Source of the DNA: Candidatus Cloacimonadota bacterium
GTDB lineage: Bacteria > Cloacimonadota > Cloacimonadia > JGIOTU-2
Direction of reading: 5' to 3'
DNA: 64,000 nucleotides
NCBI GenBank assembly: GCA_016932035.1
Contig: JAFGDR010000022.1
Span: forward strand, 1,226-65,225
A model generated the notes under the pieces. That model was not told the DNA's origin and did no database searches. It saw only the letters and a list, made by a program, of their open reading frames with translations. The translations under genes were made by a program, and so were the position numbers. Shown in pieces: positions 19,788 through 29,626 of this stretch. Numbering within the stretch: position 1 is the first letter of the stretch; each line of letters opens with the position of its first letter.

Positions 19788-20195
19788 ATGGCAAAAATAG
19801 TAAGAAAAACAAAAATCGATTCTGAGATCCCAAATGCTTCAATGTCCGATATTGCTTTCTTACTGCTGATATTCTTTATGGTTTCAACAACCTTCGTGAA
19901 AGAAAAAGGGTTGAAGGTAGACCTTCCCCGCGCTCAAGCCATTCAGAAGATCAACAGACGCAACGCTGCAACTATTTATGTCAGCCGTTCAGGCCTTATC
20001 TCTATCGATGATTTTGCTACTCCAGTTGACCAGATACAGTATGTTATGCAGGCAAAAGTTGCAGAAAATCCTGCAATGATAACTAGCTTTAGAACTGATA
20101 AGGATACTGAATACGGCATCATGGTAGATGTGATGAACGAGCTTAAGAAAGCAAATGCTCTAAGGGTCTCCTTTGAAGCCCGGAAATTTAGGTAA
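19788..20195 (+). CDS. exbD: Biopolymer transport protein ExbD/TolR (copy 2)
   Basis: 'SMSDIAFLLLIFFMVSTTF' ExbD TM signature, 135 aa. Confidence 0.8.
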   Translation: MAKIVRKTKIDSEIPNASMSDIAFLLLIFFMVSTTFVKEKGLKVDLPRAQAIQKINRRNAATIYVSRSGLISIDDFATPVDQIQYVMQAKVAENPAMITSFRTDKDTEYGIMVDVMNELKKANALRVSFEARKFR

Positions 20196-20225
20196 TGCAC
20201 TATAAATTACTAAAGGTTTTATATT

Positions 20226-20864
20226 ATGCAAAATAAATCTGTTAATACTCAAAATGATTGGAAAGACGTTGCGAGTTCTTTTTATGAGAAATCATTATCA
20301 CTCGCACTTCTTTTGCTGCTCTTCACTTTCATGGTCTTCCCCAAGATCGAAGTGAAACCTTATCAGCATAAGGCAAAAGAAATCCAAACCATTGAGATCC
20401 CACCCGAAGTACGGCAGAAGTTCAAACCTCCGGAAGAAGTAAAACCTATCATACCTCTCACTATTGAAGAGAGTGATATGGGAGATGAAGATGAGGTTGA
20501 AGAAATCGAGACTATCGGTCCGACCACTCTTGATCTCACAAAACCCCCTCCCGTATCTCGTGAAGGTACAACACCGAAATTTGTTGTTCATGAAGAAGAG
20601 CCAATTCCGATGAAAAAGGTTGAACCCGAATATCCCGATTTTGCTAAAAATGCCGGCATCGAAGGTTCTGTAACACTTCGTGCAGAAGTCTTTGAAGATG
20701 GTTCGGTTGGTGCTGTTGAGATTGTTAAAAGTCTTCAGTCTGGTCCTGGTGGTCTCGACGAAGCAGCAATTGAAGCAGTCAAACAATGGAAATTCATACC
20801 TGCAAAAAATCAAGGAAAACCTGTTGCAGTCTGGGTTACCTTTCCGATAACATTCCAGTTATAA
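20226..20864 (+). CDS. tonB: Energy transducer TonB (Pro/Glu-rich linker plus TonB C-terminal domain)
   Basis: N-terminal anchor, a 'PPEVRQKFKPPEEVKP' linker, and a C-terminal 'EGSVTLRAEVFEDGSVGAVEIVKS...AIEAVKQWKFIPA' TonB_C domain. Confidence 0.75.
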   Translation: MQNKSVNTQNDWKDVASSFYEKSLSLALLLLLFTFMVFPKIEVKPYQHKAKEIQTIEIPPEVRQKFKPPEEVKPIIPLTIEESDMGDEDEVEEIETIGPTTLDLTKPPPVSREGTTPKFVVHEEEPIPMKKVEPEYPDFAKNAGIEGSVTLRAEVFEDGSVGAVEIVKSLQSGPGGLDEAAIEAVKQWKFIPAKNQGKPVAVWVTFPITFQL

Positions 20865-20913
20865 AGTAGTACATATGAAAAATAGAATTTTAAAGAAGAA
20901 AGTAGGAGGTAAT

Positions 20914-23900
20914 ATGCGCTCAAAAATTGGTTTCCTGCCTGTTTTTCTGGTAGTGCTCCTCATGCTGATCCTCTCAAGCTCTGTAGTTTGGGCTCGATCG
21001 GTTAATGGTGGCTCCGGCGCAAATAGAAGACTTGATATCTTTCACTATCATGATGTTGGAAACATATGGTTGCGAGTGAGTAACTATGGTTTCTTTGGCT
21101 CTGGAGATGATGTAGTTCCCCAATGGCCCTCCCTGGAATATCCTGGTGGATCCGGTATCGATTATCTATACCAAGGAGCTCTTTGGTTCGGTGCATGCAA
21201 ACAACGAAGAAATGACTTCGGACAAATGTTGTATTGGCAAGATGCGAACCAAGAGACAACCGGGACAGTTAATATGGGCTATGGAAGGGTTATTGATACA
21301 CTCGTTACTGTTGGTTTTGATGGTGATGATGATTATTACGAATTCCTTCCAGCGTATAATCCGTTAGAAGAAAATGTTCTTGGACCTAAGTACGATATCT
21401 ACAACCTGAAAGATGGTGTTATTGAATCATCGATCCGTGACCAGCAAACTGGTGTGGATGATGATGGAGATGGCAAAATCGATGAAGATCCAGCTGGATT
21501 TGCATTTCCCTATCGTAGTACCGTTCCCTCACAATTCAACACTTTTGAATCAGGCATGAATGAATTCAGAGGTGTAGTAGATAGAACACAGTGTTTACCG
21601 GACGAGATCCTCGCAAACATCGACATCTGGTTCCCTCTCGGTTTCCTTGAACTGGGATATGTAGACCCGGATAGCATCTATAACTTTGCTCAAATACAGG
21701 ACGATGATGGAGATCTGCTTCGTGATGAAGATGGCTATCCTATCTCAGAACAGGACTTCCTTGGCTACTATTATGACTATAGTCCCTTTGGAACACCCGG
21801 CGAACGAGTACAGGAAGCACAATCCTATGCTCAAGAACATATTCCTAATAATATCCGTGTCCGCCAGGTAAGTTTTCAGTGGAGTTATGAATATATTAAA
21901 AATCTGGTTTATGTCGAATTCGATATAACCAACATGAATACTGTCGATACACTCTTCGACTGTGCTATGGCAGTGTACATGGACTGTGATGTTGGTCCTC
22001 AATCATGGGGGGCTCAGGCTCGAGCTGGTGACGATATAAGTAGCTATGTTCCTGGAGAAGGCTTTGAGTTTGCCTATACATACGATGCTGATCAGGATGG
22101 AGGTCTCACCACAGGTTACGTAGGTTCTCGTGTGTGTACTCCTGATCCTGAACAATTAGACTTCGCTTGCTGGACATGGGACGTTGGGGATGGTCCAAGT
22201 CATAATGTTTCGAATGCGGATAGAAACGAAAAATACTGGCTGATGACACATAATAAAGACTCATTCAGCACAAAATACACATCGCTCCGTGAAGATCCTG
22301 GCGCTCAATTAAATGATCCATGCGATACAAGATACCTCTTTGCCTTCTATGGTGATATGCAGGGATTTGATGCACCAACGGATTCAAGCTGGAACCTCCT
22401 TCCCGGTGAAACCATGAAAATCGTTATTGCCGTTTTCCCAGGAGACGATGTTGAAGAGCTGAAGAGAACAGCTATATGGTCAAAAGTATTATATGGTGAA
22501 GCTCAAACTCTTACTACAGTTGTTCTACCGGATACCTTCAAACATTATGAAGCACCAGGACCTCCTGACATTCCACATATGACACTCGATCAATCACTAG
22601 ATGGAGATACAATCTTTGTTTATTGGGACAATCGATCAGAATTTACTGTAGATCGAATGACCCTTACAAAAGAATTTGTAGGTTGGCAGGACAGCATTCC
22701 ATTCCTTGATAGTTACATAGGAAAATATGATGAACAGTTAGCCCATTATGGTTATTTTCCCGAAGAATTTGATCCTTGGCATTGGAATGGTCAAACTTAT
22801 AATATAAATGCTACTGTTAATCCGTGGACAGCGTATCGCTTGCGACATGACTTCCAGGGATACTCGCTTTGGAAAGCTGCAAACTCAGGTGAGCAAGATG
22901 CATACATGAGAATGAATCGATGGGATAAAATAGATACTCAACAGGATATGAGAGATTATAATGTATGTATGAATCTTCCTATTGACAGTATGAATGTTTC
23001 TTACGGTGGACAATTGGGAATCAATAACGGAATTCCAATGGACTACATTGTTGGAACAAATCCAACAGAAGATATCATTTATACTACTGACAGCACAGTG
23101 TACTGGACTGACTATTACAGACTCGACTCGCTATATTCTTTCGTGAAAGTTGTTGATGGAAATATGGTATATGGAATTCCTTTGTATAATATTCTTGATA
23201 GTACAGACCAATGCATACAAGATAGTGTTCAAGAATATTCTACCCTCCCAGAGGAAGAAAGACATAGAAAAGAATCCCTTCTCTTCAAGAATCCCCAAAT
23301 GAGCAATGACCTTTATCTGGACCTCTATGACGACAGATTGATACCTCTACCAGAACATTTAGGTCAGGCACATCCTCAAGGTTTGCTTGAATTGAAAAAG
23401 GAGCGTTTATCTCGAAGATATTATATCAGTGAGATACTCTATCCTGAAAAAGGTGTAGAAAACTACTTTGCTGTCACATCGTTTGACAGAGGTATTCCTT
23501 CTCAAAACTTACAAGCTCTTGAGTCAGGTAAAGATGGAAACCGAATAACAATTTTCGGCGGTCCCTCTGCTGCAACGAATCTTGACGATATCTATGTTGT
23601 CCCAAATCCGTATCTTGGACAAAGTAAATTTGATGGACGACGTGATAAGGATGAGAATGGAGACAGAAGTAAACGTATCTGGTTTGTAAATCTCCCTGAA
23701 AAATGTACAATAAGAATATATACTCTTGCCGGTGATCTCGTTGATGAGATTGAACATGACGGCGTATCAACCGTTGATGTTATTAATCCCAGTAAAGCAA
23801 CACATATAGGTATTGCTCCAGGTGGTATCGAACCTTGGGATCTTCTCTCTAAACACGATCAGATCATTGCAAGCGGTGTGTATCTTTATTCTGTTGAAGA

Positions 23901-23949
23901 CCATGCGACTGGCGATGTTAAAGTCGATAAACTTGTTTTAATTAAATAA
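20914..23949 (+). CDS. Large secreted protein (about 1010 aa) with tandem DxDxDG calcium-binding-loop-like motifs and a T9SS C-terminal sorting domain. Function unknown.
   Basis: Signal peptide. 'DDDGDGKIDEDP' and 'DDDGDLLRDEDGYP' EF-hand-like loops. The C-terminal about 85 aa ('IRIYTLAGDLVDEI...SGVYLYSVE...KLVLIK') match the Por_Secre_tail pattern. GGAGG RBS ahead of ATG 20914. The listed ORF start at 20875 is a likely over-extension. No terminator separates it from tonB. Confidence 0.55.
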   Translation: MRSKIGFLPVFLVVLLMLILSSSVVWARSVNGGSGANRRLDIFHYHDVGNIWLRVSNYGFFGSGDDVVPQWPSLEYPGGSGIDYLYQGALWFGACKQRRNDFGQMLYWQDANQETTGTVNMGYGRVIDTLVTVGFDGDDDYYEFLPAYNPLEENVLGPKYDIYNLKDGVIESSIRDQQTGVDDDGDGKIDEDPAGFAFPYRSTVPSQFNTFESGMNEFRGVVDRTQCLPDEILANIDIWFPLGFLELGYVDPDSIYNFAQIQDDDGDLLRDEDGYPISEQDFLGYYYDYSPFGTPGERVQEAQSYAQEHIPNNIRVRQVSFQWSYEYIKNLVYVEFDITNMNTVDTLFDCAMAVYMDCDVGPQSWGAQARAGDDISSYVPGEGFEFAYTYDADQDGGLTTGYVGSRVCTPDPEQLDFACWTWDVGDGPSHNVSNADRNEKYWLMTHNKDSFSTKYTSLREDPGAQLNDPCDTRYLFAFYGDMQGFDAPTDSSWNLLPGETMKIVIAVFPGDDVEELKRTAIWSKVLYGEAQTLTTVVLPDTFKHYEAPGPPDIPHMTLDQSLDGDTIFVYWDNRSEFTVDRMTLTKEFVGWQDSIPFLDSYIGKYDEQLAHYGYFPEEFDPWHWNGQTYNINATVNPWTAYRLRHDFQGYSLWKAANSGEQDAYMRMNRWDKIDTQQDMRDYNVCMNLPIDSMNVSYGGQLGINNGIPMDYIVGTNPTEDIIYTTDSTVYWTDYYRLDSLYSFVKVVDGNMVYGIPLYNILDSTDQCIQDSVQEYSTLPEEERHRKESLLFKNPQMSNDLYLDLYDDRLIPLPEHLGQAHPQGLLELKKERLSRRYYISEILYPEKGVENYFAVTSFDRGIPSQNLQALESGKDGNRITIFGGPSAATNLDDIYVVPNPYLGQSKFDGRRDKDENGDRSKRIWFVNLPEKCTIRIYTLAGDLVDEIEHDGVSTVDVINPSKATHIGIAPGGIEPWDLLSKHDQIIASGVYLYSVEDHATGDVKVDKLVLIK

Positions 23950-23960
23950 AGGTGGTTAAC

Positions 23961-24998
23961 ATGAAAAGGATAATTTTATTACTATTGGCCCTTTTACTGA
24001 TACCAACCTTGGTTCAAGCTGATATTTTTGCAAAAGTTGGTACTGCCGGTTTACAGTTCTTGAAAATCGGTGTTGATGCTCGTGCTATTGGTATGGCAGA
24101 AGCTTATACTGCATATACAAAGGGAGCTTCATCCACGTATTGGAACGTTGCCGGACTTGCCTATTCTACCGATACAGAGTTATTTTTAAATCATACGCGA
24201 TATGTTGCTGACATTAACTATGATTATCTCACCATTGCCTTCCCAACCTCTTTTGGTGTTTTCGGAATTAACGGTTCACTATTGTATATGGATTGGATGG
24301 ATGTTACTACTGCTGATGAATTTGGTCCAAACGGCGAACAATTTACCTGTAGCGATATGATGGCTGGATTATCTTATGCAACAATGCTGACTGATAAATT
24401 TTCAGTTGGTTTATCATTTAAATATCTAAGGGAAAACCTTGATGAATATGACGTCAACGGCTGGGGTATAGACCTCGGATCACTTTATAATACCGGTTGG
24501 AAAGATCTAACGATTGGAATGAGTTTGAGGAATTTTGGTCCTGAAGTGAAATACACCCTCGATAATGATGGAGATGGGCTTATTGATGAAGACCCATATG
24601 ATCTTCTCGACAATGATGCTGACGGACTTGTTGATGAAGATAGAGAAGAACTCTCTTTCGCACTTCCAATGAACTTCTCTCTTGGTATTGCAATGAGCAT
24701 TTTAGAATCGAACATGCAGTCTCTCGATGCTGTTTTCCAGATTGACAACTGTGTCGATCGTCTTGAAACCTACAATGCTGGACTTGAATACAGAATCGGA
24801 ACCTTCTTCCTGCGTGGTGGATATCAATTTAATCTTGATTGTCAAGCTGCTTCTTTCGGATTGGGCTGGAAACTTGCTACTTCCTTTGCTGTTATGGATA
24901 TTGATGCTGCATACACTCCTTTTGGTAAACTAGAAGAAAAGATGGATGGACAATTCCTGACCGGACCTATACGTCTATCCCTGAAAATGAAATTTTAA
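23961..24998 (+). CDS. FadL-family / PorV-like 14-strand outer-membrane protein with an acidic DxDxDG loop insertion. Candidate T9SS cargo shuttle.
   Basis: Signal peptide, then 'GTAGLQFLKIGVDARAIGMAEAYTA...NVAGLAY', which resembles the FadL N-terminal motif. A 'DNDGDGLIDEDPYDLLDNDADGLVDED' insert. The start lies 9 nt after the upstream stop. Confidence 0.5.
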   Translation: MKRIILLLLALLLIPTLVQADIFAKVGTAGLQFLKIGVDARAIGMAEAYTAYTKGASSTYWNVAGLAYSTDTELFLNHTRYVADINYDYLTIAFPTSFGVFGINGSLLYMDWMDVTTADEFGPNGEQFTCSDMMAGLSYATMLTDKFSVGLSFKYLRENLDEYDVNGWGIDLGSLYNTGWKDLTIGMSLRNFGPEVKYTLDNDGDGLIDEDPYDLLDNDADGLVDEDREELSFALPMNFSLGIAMSILESNMQSLDAVFQIDNCVDRLETYNAGLEYRIGTFFLRGGYQFNLDCQAASFGLGWKLATSFAVMDIDAAYTPFGKLEEKMDGQFLTGPIRLSLKMKF

Positions 24999-25034
24999 TA
25001 TTAATCATTAATTAATTACGGAGGATTAACAAAA

Positions 25035-27203
25035 ATGAAAAAAATTGCTATGTTTAGCGTGATGCTACTCGTGCTCGCTGGAATGGTTTGGGCAAATGAT
25101 ATACCTCAGCCAATCAACAATAATTCATATGTTCCGGCAGAAGCTCCAAAGCATCTCAAAGTTGCCTCTCCAACCCGTAATGACGGCAACTTCGATGTTC
25201 CCGACTGGGAATTCATCCAACAACCAACAACTCTTGCGGGTTTTACTAACTACTATGACTATATGCCAGGTAGTTACTGTGGTCGCCCTTTAATGACTCA
25301 ACCCGATGCATTCGGTGGAGTCTACTTCGTATTCCACGGTCGTCCAAATACAACCGATAATAGAAGAGTTTATTGGGCGTATGTGCATGCTGCTGGTAAT
25401 ATTGAATATGCAACAATTACCACTTCTGACACATGGCAGGGTTATCCTGGAATGACCATGCATCCTGCTTCTGGCGATCCTATTGTCTCATGGCATGATA
25501 TTATGGACTCGGCCACCCCTGAAGACACGAACACTCGTGTAACTTATGATGACTACGGTCTTCTGTTTATACCCGGCTTCTGGAAAACACCTGTAACATT
25601 TGACCAGCCAATTCCTTACGTTGACGAATATATCTGGCCTTATATGTACATTGGAATGGCTCCTGATTATGCTACTACCGGCAACTACCGTGTGTATCAG
25701 ATCAGTGGTCAGAATCCTGATGGTGAAATCGAACACGACATCCTTCGCTGGATCGATGTTCCTGAAGACACCTATGTATATGGCGATCTTGAAATTATGC
25801 TGAACAAGAACAACTGGTCTCCTTACGTAAACATTTCACGTGACTGGTCAGATCCCGCAGCCGGCATCGACTGCCGTCCATATCCCTCATTTGCCGTAGA
25901 TCCATTCACTGCTGGACACGTGGCAATATTCGGTTACGCCGGATACACAAACGGTCTTGTTGGTGGTGAAGTTGTACCTCAGGGCTTCTACGTTTGGGAC
26001 TCTTATGATGGTGGAGCAACATGGGATTATGCAAACTTCCATTCATATCAAACAGATGTTGGTATGTACAATGAATATGTCATGTGGGCTGTTGACAATG
26101 TTCCTGGTTTTGTAGATGACAGCAGTATTCCTTATCCTGAACTTCATGTCTGGATCGGTTGGCCCGGTAACCAGCATTCAACCCACAGAACAGCAACTTT
26201 TGATAGTGAAGGAAATCTTCACCTTCCAGAACAATTCTGGATAAGTAACGTTGATGGTGCAGCAGGAAATGCATCGTACTGGCCATATTATCTCTTCCAA
26301 TATCAAGTTGAAGTTGTTTACAAAACTGATGGCACCTGGGAAATCCGCGAAGTTCCGAATCTACCTGGTGTCGATGCTATGAGCGGACACACAGTACCAT
26401 GGGAAATCGAACCCGTTAGTGGTGATACTCTCATTTACCCTTGGCTTACCATGCCATTTACCGATATTACAACCGTCGGTTTCCATGAAAATACTCAACG
26501 AAATGCTGCTAACTTTGAAAACAGCTGGATGGTTCAGGTATGGGATGACGGCACAAAAACACTCATGGCTGAAAATGCTATTCCTGGATATGACGCATAT
26601 GCAACTCATCCAATTCTTTATGTATCTGCAACCAATAACAACGGTGAAAACTGGAGTGCTCCAATTGAGCTTTCCGATATTTACAGTACTGCATTCCCCG
26701 GTTTTGCAGACATGATCACCATGTATCCATATATCAATCCAACGATCAAAGATCTTGGTGATGGCTGGGGACAGATCGACATGTACTTCTTTGATGATAA
26801 TGATTATGGTAGCTCGATTCAGCAGATGGGTCCGGCAACTGGTGGTGAAATGGTCTATTGTTCATTCAAGATCGATTTTGCAAATATGATCGTATCAACA
26901 GATCCTTCACAGTCACAACCGGAAGCAACTATGACACTTCGCAATGTTCCGAATCCTTTCTTCTCACATACTCAAATCCAGTTCTCGGCTAATGTTGGTG
27001 TTGAAAATGCAAAAGTCACGATCTATAATACTAAAGGTCAGCTTGTAAAATCTATTGATGCAATTGCCGATTCTCATACTGCAGGACATGCAATGTGGGA
27101 TGGTACCGATGAGTTTGGTAAAGATGTAGCAAATGGAATCTACTTCTATAAAGTAGAAACCAATGGTGCTACAATTGCCAAAAAGATGATGCTCAATAGA
27201 TAA
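25035..27203 (+). CDS. Secreted BNR/Asp-box beta-propeller protein with a T9SS C-terminal sorting domain (paralog 1 of 3)
   Basis: Signal peptide. Asp-box motifs 'SYDGGATWD' and 'TNNNGENWS'. C-terminal 'NPFFSHTQIQF...VTIYNTKGQLV...NGIYFYKV...KKMMLNR'. GGAGG RBS. Confidence 0.6.
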   Translation: MKKIAMFSVMLLVLAGMVWANDIPQPINNNSYVPAEAPKHLKVASPTRNDGNFDVPDWEFIQQPTTLAGFTNYYDYMPGSYCGRPLMTQPDAFGGVYFVFHGRPNTTDNRRVYWAYVHAAGNIEYATITTSDTWQGYPGMTMHPASGDPIVSWHDIMDSATPEDTNTRVTYDDYGLLFIPGFWKTPVTFDQPIPYVDEYIWPYMYIGMAPDYATTGNYRVYQISGQNPDGEIEHDILRWIDVPEDTYVYGDLEIMLNKNNWSPYVNISRDWSDPAAGIDCRPYPSFAVDPFTAGHVAIFGYAGYTNGLVGGEVVPQGFYVWDSYDGGATWDYANFHSYQTDVGMYNEYVMWAVDNVPGFVDDSSIPYPELHVWIGWPGNQHSTHRTATFDSEGNLHLPEQFWISNVDGAAGNASYWPYYLFQYQVEVVYKTDGTWEIREVPNLPGVDAMSGHTVPWEIEPVSGDTLIYPWLTMPFTDITTVGFHENTQRNAANFENSWMVQVWDDGTKTLMAENAIPGYDAYATHPILYVSATNNNGENWSAPIELSDIYSTAFPGFADMITMYPYINPTIKDLGDGWGQIDMYFFDDNDYGSSIQQMGPATGGEMVYCSFKIDFANMIVSTDPSQSQPEATMTLRNVPNPFFSHTQIQFSANVGVENAKVTIYNTKGQLVKSIDAIADSHTAGHAMWDGTDEFGKDVANGIYFYKVETNGATIAKKMMLNR

Positions 27204-27225
27204 GCCCGTCTTTGCATAAATATTT

Positions 27226-27259
27226 AGCCTGCTCATTTGGTTGAGCAGGCTTTTTTTTT
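27226..27259 (+). terminator. Rho-independent terminator after paralog 1
   Basis: agcctgctca/tgagcaggct 10-bp stem plus a 9-T run. Confidence 0.65.
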
Positions 27260-27415
27260 GCCTATAACTTCTTGACAAAAAAAATATCAATTTTTTCTTC
27301 CATTTATCATAGTATTTTTGATGTAAAAACAGAAATTTCGCGTATGTCGAATTTCATTATTTGTTATCTTCTTTGACAGGTCAAAAAAAATCATTAAAAA
27401 ATTACGGAGGTTTAC

Positions 27416-29497
27416 ATGAAAAAGATTGGAGTAATTTTACTCTTTTGCTTTCTTCTATCTATAAGCGTACTTCATGCAGAATTTATGAACCCTGACGGTT
27501 CAGAACGAACTGCTATTACAGACATCAACGTCGGCAAATTAGTTCCTATAACACAAGTCGATCATCGAGAAAACACACCGGTTCCCGACTACAGCTTCTA
27601 TACAAATCCAACTACGATCATGACGTCCTACTATGACTATATGCCCGGCTCATATGAAGGATATCCATTACAGAAGCAGACCGATAATGGAGATGGATTG
27701 TATATTACATGGTTTGGCACAGCAACAACGACCGCAACACGTCGTCAATATTACGCATATGCTGATGCATTTGGAAGTATTGGTGGCAACTGGGGAACAA
27801 TTTCAACATACGATCGGACCCAGGGATACGGAAGTGTAGCTGTTCATCCCGCTACTGGTGACTGTTTTGCAACCTGGCATGAAAATCCATCAGGATCAAA
27901 TTATGGTTGTGTAATCTGTTATGATGACTATTCCCTACTTAGCATTCCGGGTTTTTGGTCTTCAGTTACTTTTATACCTTCTCCACTTCCTGATGAATAT
28001 ATCTGGCCCTATGTCTATGTTGGTCCTTCTCCAAATGGAGATGGTTGGATTCGGTTGTATCATATCTCAAAAAACTACACTCACGATGCATGGGATCATC
28101 CGTGTGAAGATCCTCGAATCATGTATATTGATGTTGAGAATACTCTTTTTGCTGATATGACTGTTATCCTGAACCTTAACAATTGGACTACAGTAAATCC
28201 AATGTATTATTGGAGAGCAAAGTCATGCCGTCCTCAATCACAAGCGTTTGCAATTGATCACAGTACTCCCGGACACGTTGCTATCGTAGGATACTGTTCA
28301 TGGCTTGAAGGTGATCTCGGTGATATGCCTGTTGATCCAGGTTTCTATATTTTTGAATCTTTCGACTATGGAACAACATGGGATACGGCAAATCTGCATG
28401 GAGATGGTCCGCAAGACTTTATTTATGCGGTTGAGAATATTCCTCATTTCACAGATAATAGCGGAAACCTTATCGACAGTATTAAAGTAGATTCATACGG
28501 ATGGCATGATACTGCCCAGTTTGATGCAAATGGTGTTGCTCATCTTTGTTACCTGCAACAGTATGGATATACCGATGATGCAGGAGACAGCTATTATTTT
28601 AATCATTTCCTCCCGCAAGCAGAAGCAGTTTGGGATGGTATAGCGTGGGATTGGCATAACGTGCCAGCCTTCCCGGGTATCGATCCCTGGACCGGAAGAG
28701 ATGTTCCTTGGGAAATAGTTGGTAATGATACACTTCTCTACGTCTCTGTTTCTTATAATAAATATCCAGAAGATTCTGAAATATTTCACCAGAACACCCA
28801 GAGAAATGCCATCAATAAAGAAAACAATTGGATGGTACAATTCTGGACTGACGGAACGTATGTTCAACTTGCAGAAGACGGTGACCCAGCATATGCAGCA
28901 TATGCACAACACCCGATCCTCTATCTCTCAGTATCTTCAAACAATGGTGATACATGGTCGGAACCTATTGAACTTTCGGATATTTATAGTACTCAATTTG
29001 ACTTCTCGGGACAGATAACAGTCTATCAAAATTTGTACAACTACATTGAAGCTATTAATGACTCGGTTGGTCGAGTTCATATCATGTACTATGATGATAA
29101 CTCATTCGGCTGCTATATCCGTTCAGGAGCTGGGCAGGATGTTGGCGGTCAAATCACCTATTGTTCAGTTGATATTGTATTCCCACCGTTTTCAAATGAT
29201 CCTCAGCCCTCTGTTCCTGTTACCTCACTTTCAAACTATCCCAATCCATTCTTTGCGTCAACTACCATTAATTTCACGGCAAAGAAAGCATATCAAAATG
29301 CGGAGATCAGTGTGTATAATACAAGGGGACAGCTGATCAACACTTTGCATGTGAATCACGGTGACAATCCTTCAGAAGGATACGCTGTATGGAATGGTAA
29401 AGATGCAGCTGGTAAGAATGTTGCTAACGGTATTTATTTCTATAAGGTAGATGTCGATGGCTCATCTCTTACCCAAAAAATGATGTTAACAAGATAA
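27416..29497 (+). CDS. Secreted BNR/Asp-box beta-propeller protein with a T9SS C-terminal sorting domain (paralog 2 of 3)
   Basis: Signal peptide. Asp-boxes 'SFDYGTTWD' and 'SSNNGDTWS'. C-terminal 'NPFFASTTINF...ISVYNTRGQLI...NGIYFYKVDVDG...KMMLTR'. GGAGG RBS. Confidence 0.6.
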   Translation: MKKIGVILLFCFLLSISVLHAEFMNPDGSERTAITDINVGKLVPITQVDHRENTPVPDYSFYTNPTTIMTSYYDYMPGSYEGYPLQKQTDNGDGLYITWFGTATTTATRRQYYAYADAFGSIGGNWGTISTYDRTQGYGSVAVHPATGDCFATWHENPSGSNYGCVICYDDYSLLSIPGFWSSVTFIPSPLPDEYIWPYVYVGPSPNGDGWIRLYHISKNYTHDAWDHPCEDPRIMYIDVENTLFADMTVILNLNNWTTVNPMYYWRAKSCRPQSQAFAIDHSTPGHVAIVGYCSWLEGDLGDMPVDPGFYIFESFDYGTTWDTANLHGDGPQDFIYAVENIPHFTDNSGNLIDSIKVDSYGWHDTAQFDANGVAHLCYLQQYGYTDDAGDSYYFNHFLPQAEAVWDGIAWDWHNVPAFPGIDPWTGRDVPWEIVGNDTLLYVSVSYNKYPEDSEIFHQNTQRNAINKENNWMVQFWTDGTYVQLAEDGDPAYAAYAQHPILYLSVSSNNGDTWSEPIELSDIYSTQFDFSGQITVYQNLYNYIEAINDSVGRVHIMYYDDNSFGCYIRSGAGQDVGGQITYCSVDIVFPPFSNDPQPSVPVTSLSNYPNPFFASTTINFTAKKAYQNAEISVYNTRGQLINTLHVNHGDNPSEGYAVWNGKDAAGKNVANGIYFYKVDVDGSSLTQKMMLTR

Positions 29498-29511
29498 CAA
29501 AAAGATAATCA

Positions 29512-29547
29512 GGATGCCTGTTCTAAACGGGCAGGCATCCTCTTTTT
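29512..29547 (+). terminator. Rho-independent terminator after paralog 2
   Basis: ggatgcctg/caggcatcc stem plus a T-run. Confidence 0.6.
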
Positions 29548-29626
29548 ACGGAGGTCTTTTTCGGAGTTTTTATGATGTATACTACTTCCTATAAAGACCA
29601 TCAAGTATGATCTGAAAGGAGAAAAA

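Noticed and set aside
27260-27415. TTGACA hexamers (27272, 27373) as sigma70 promoters for paralog 2
   Set aside because: No convincing -10 element at 16-18 nt spacing (the 27373 hexamer would put the TSS inside the RBS). The promoter consensus for this lineage is unknown, so no call was made.
29550-29612. 12-codon uORF (MMYTTSYKDHQV) upstream of paralog 3
   Set aside because: Very short. SD spacing is marginal and it is not conserved upstream of paralogs 1 or 2. Likely chance.
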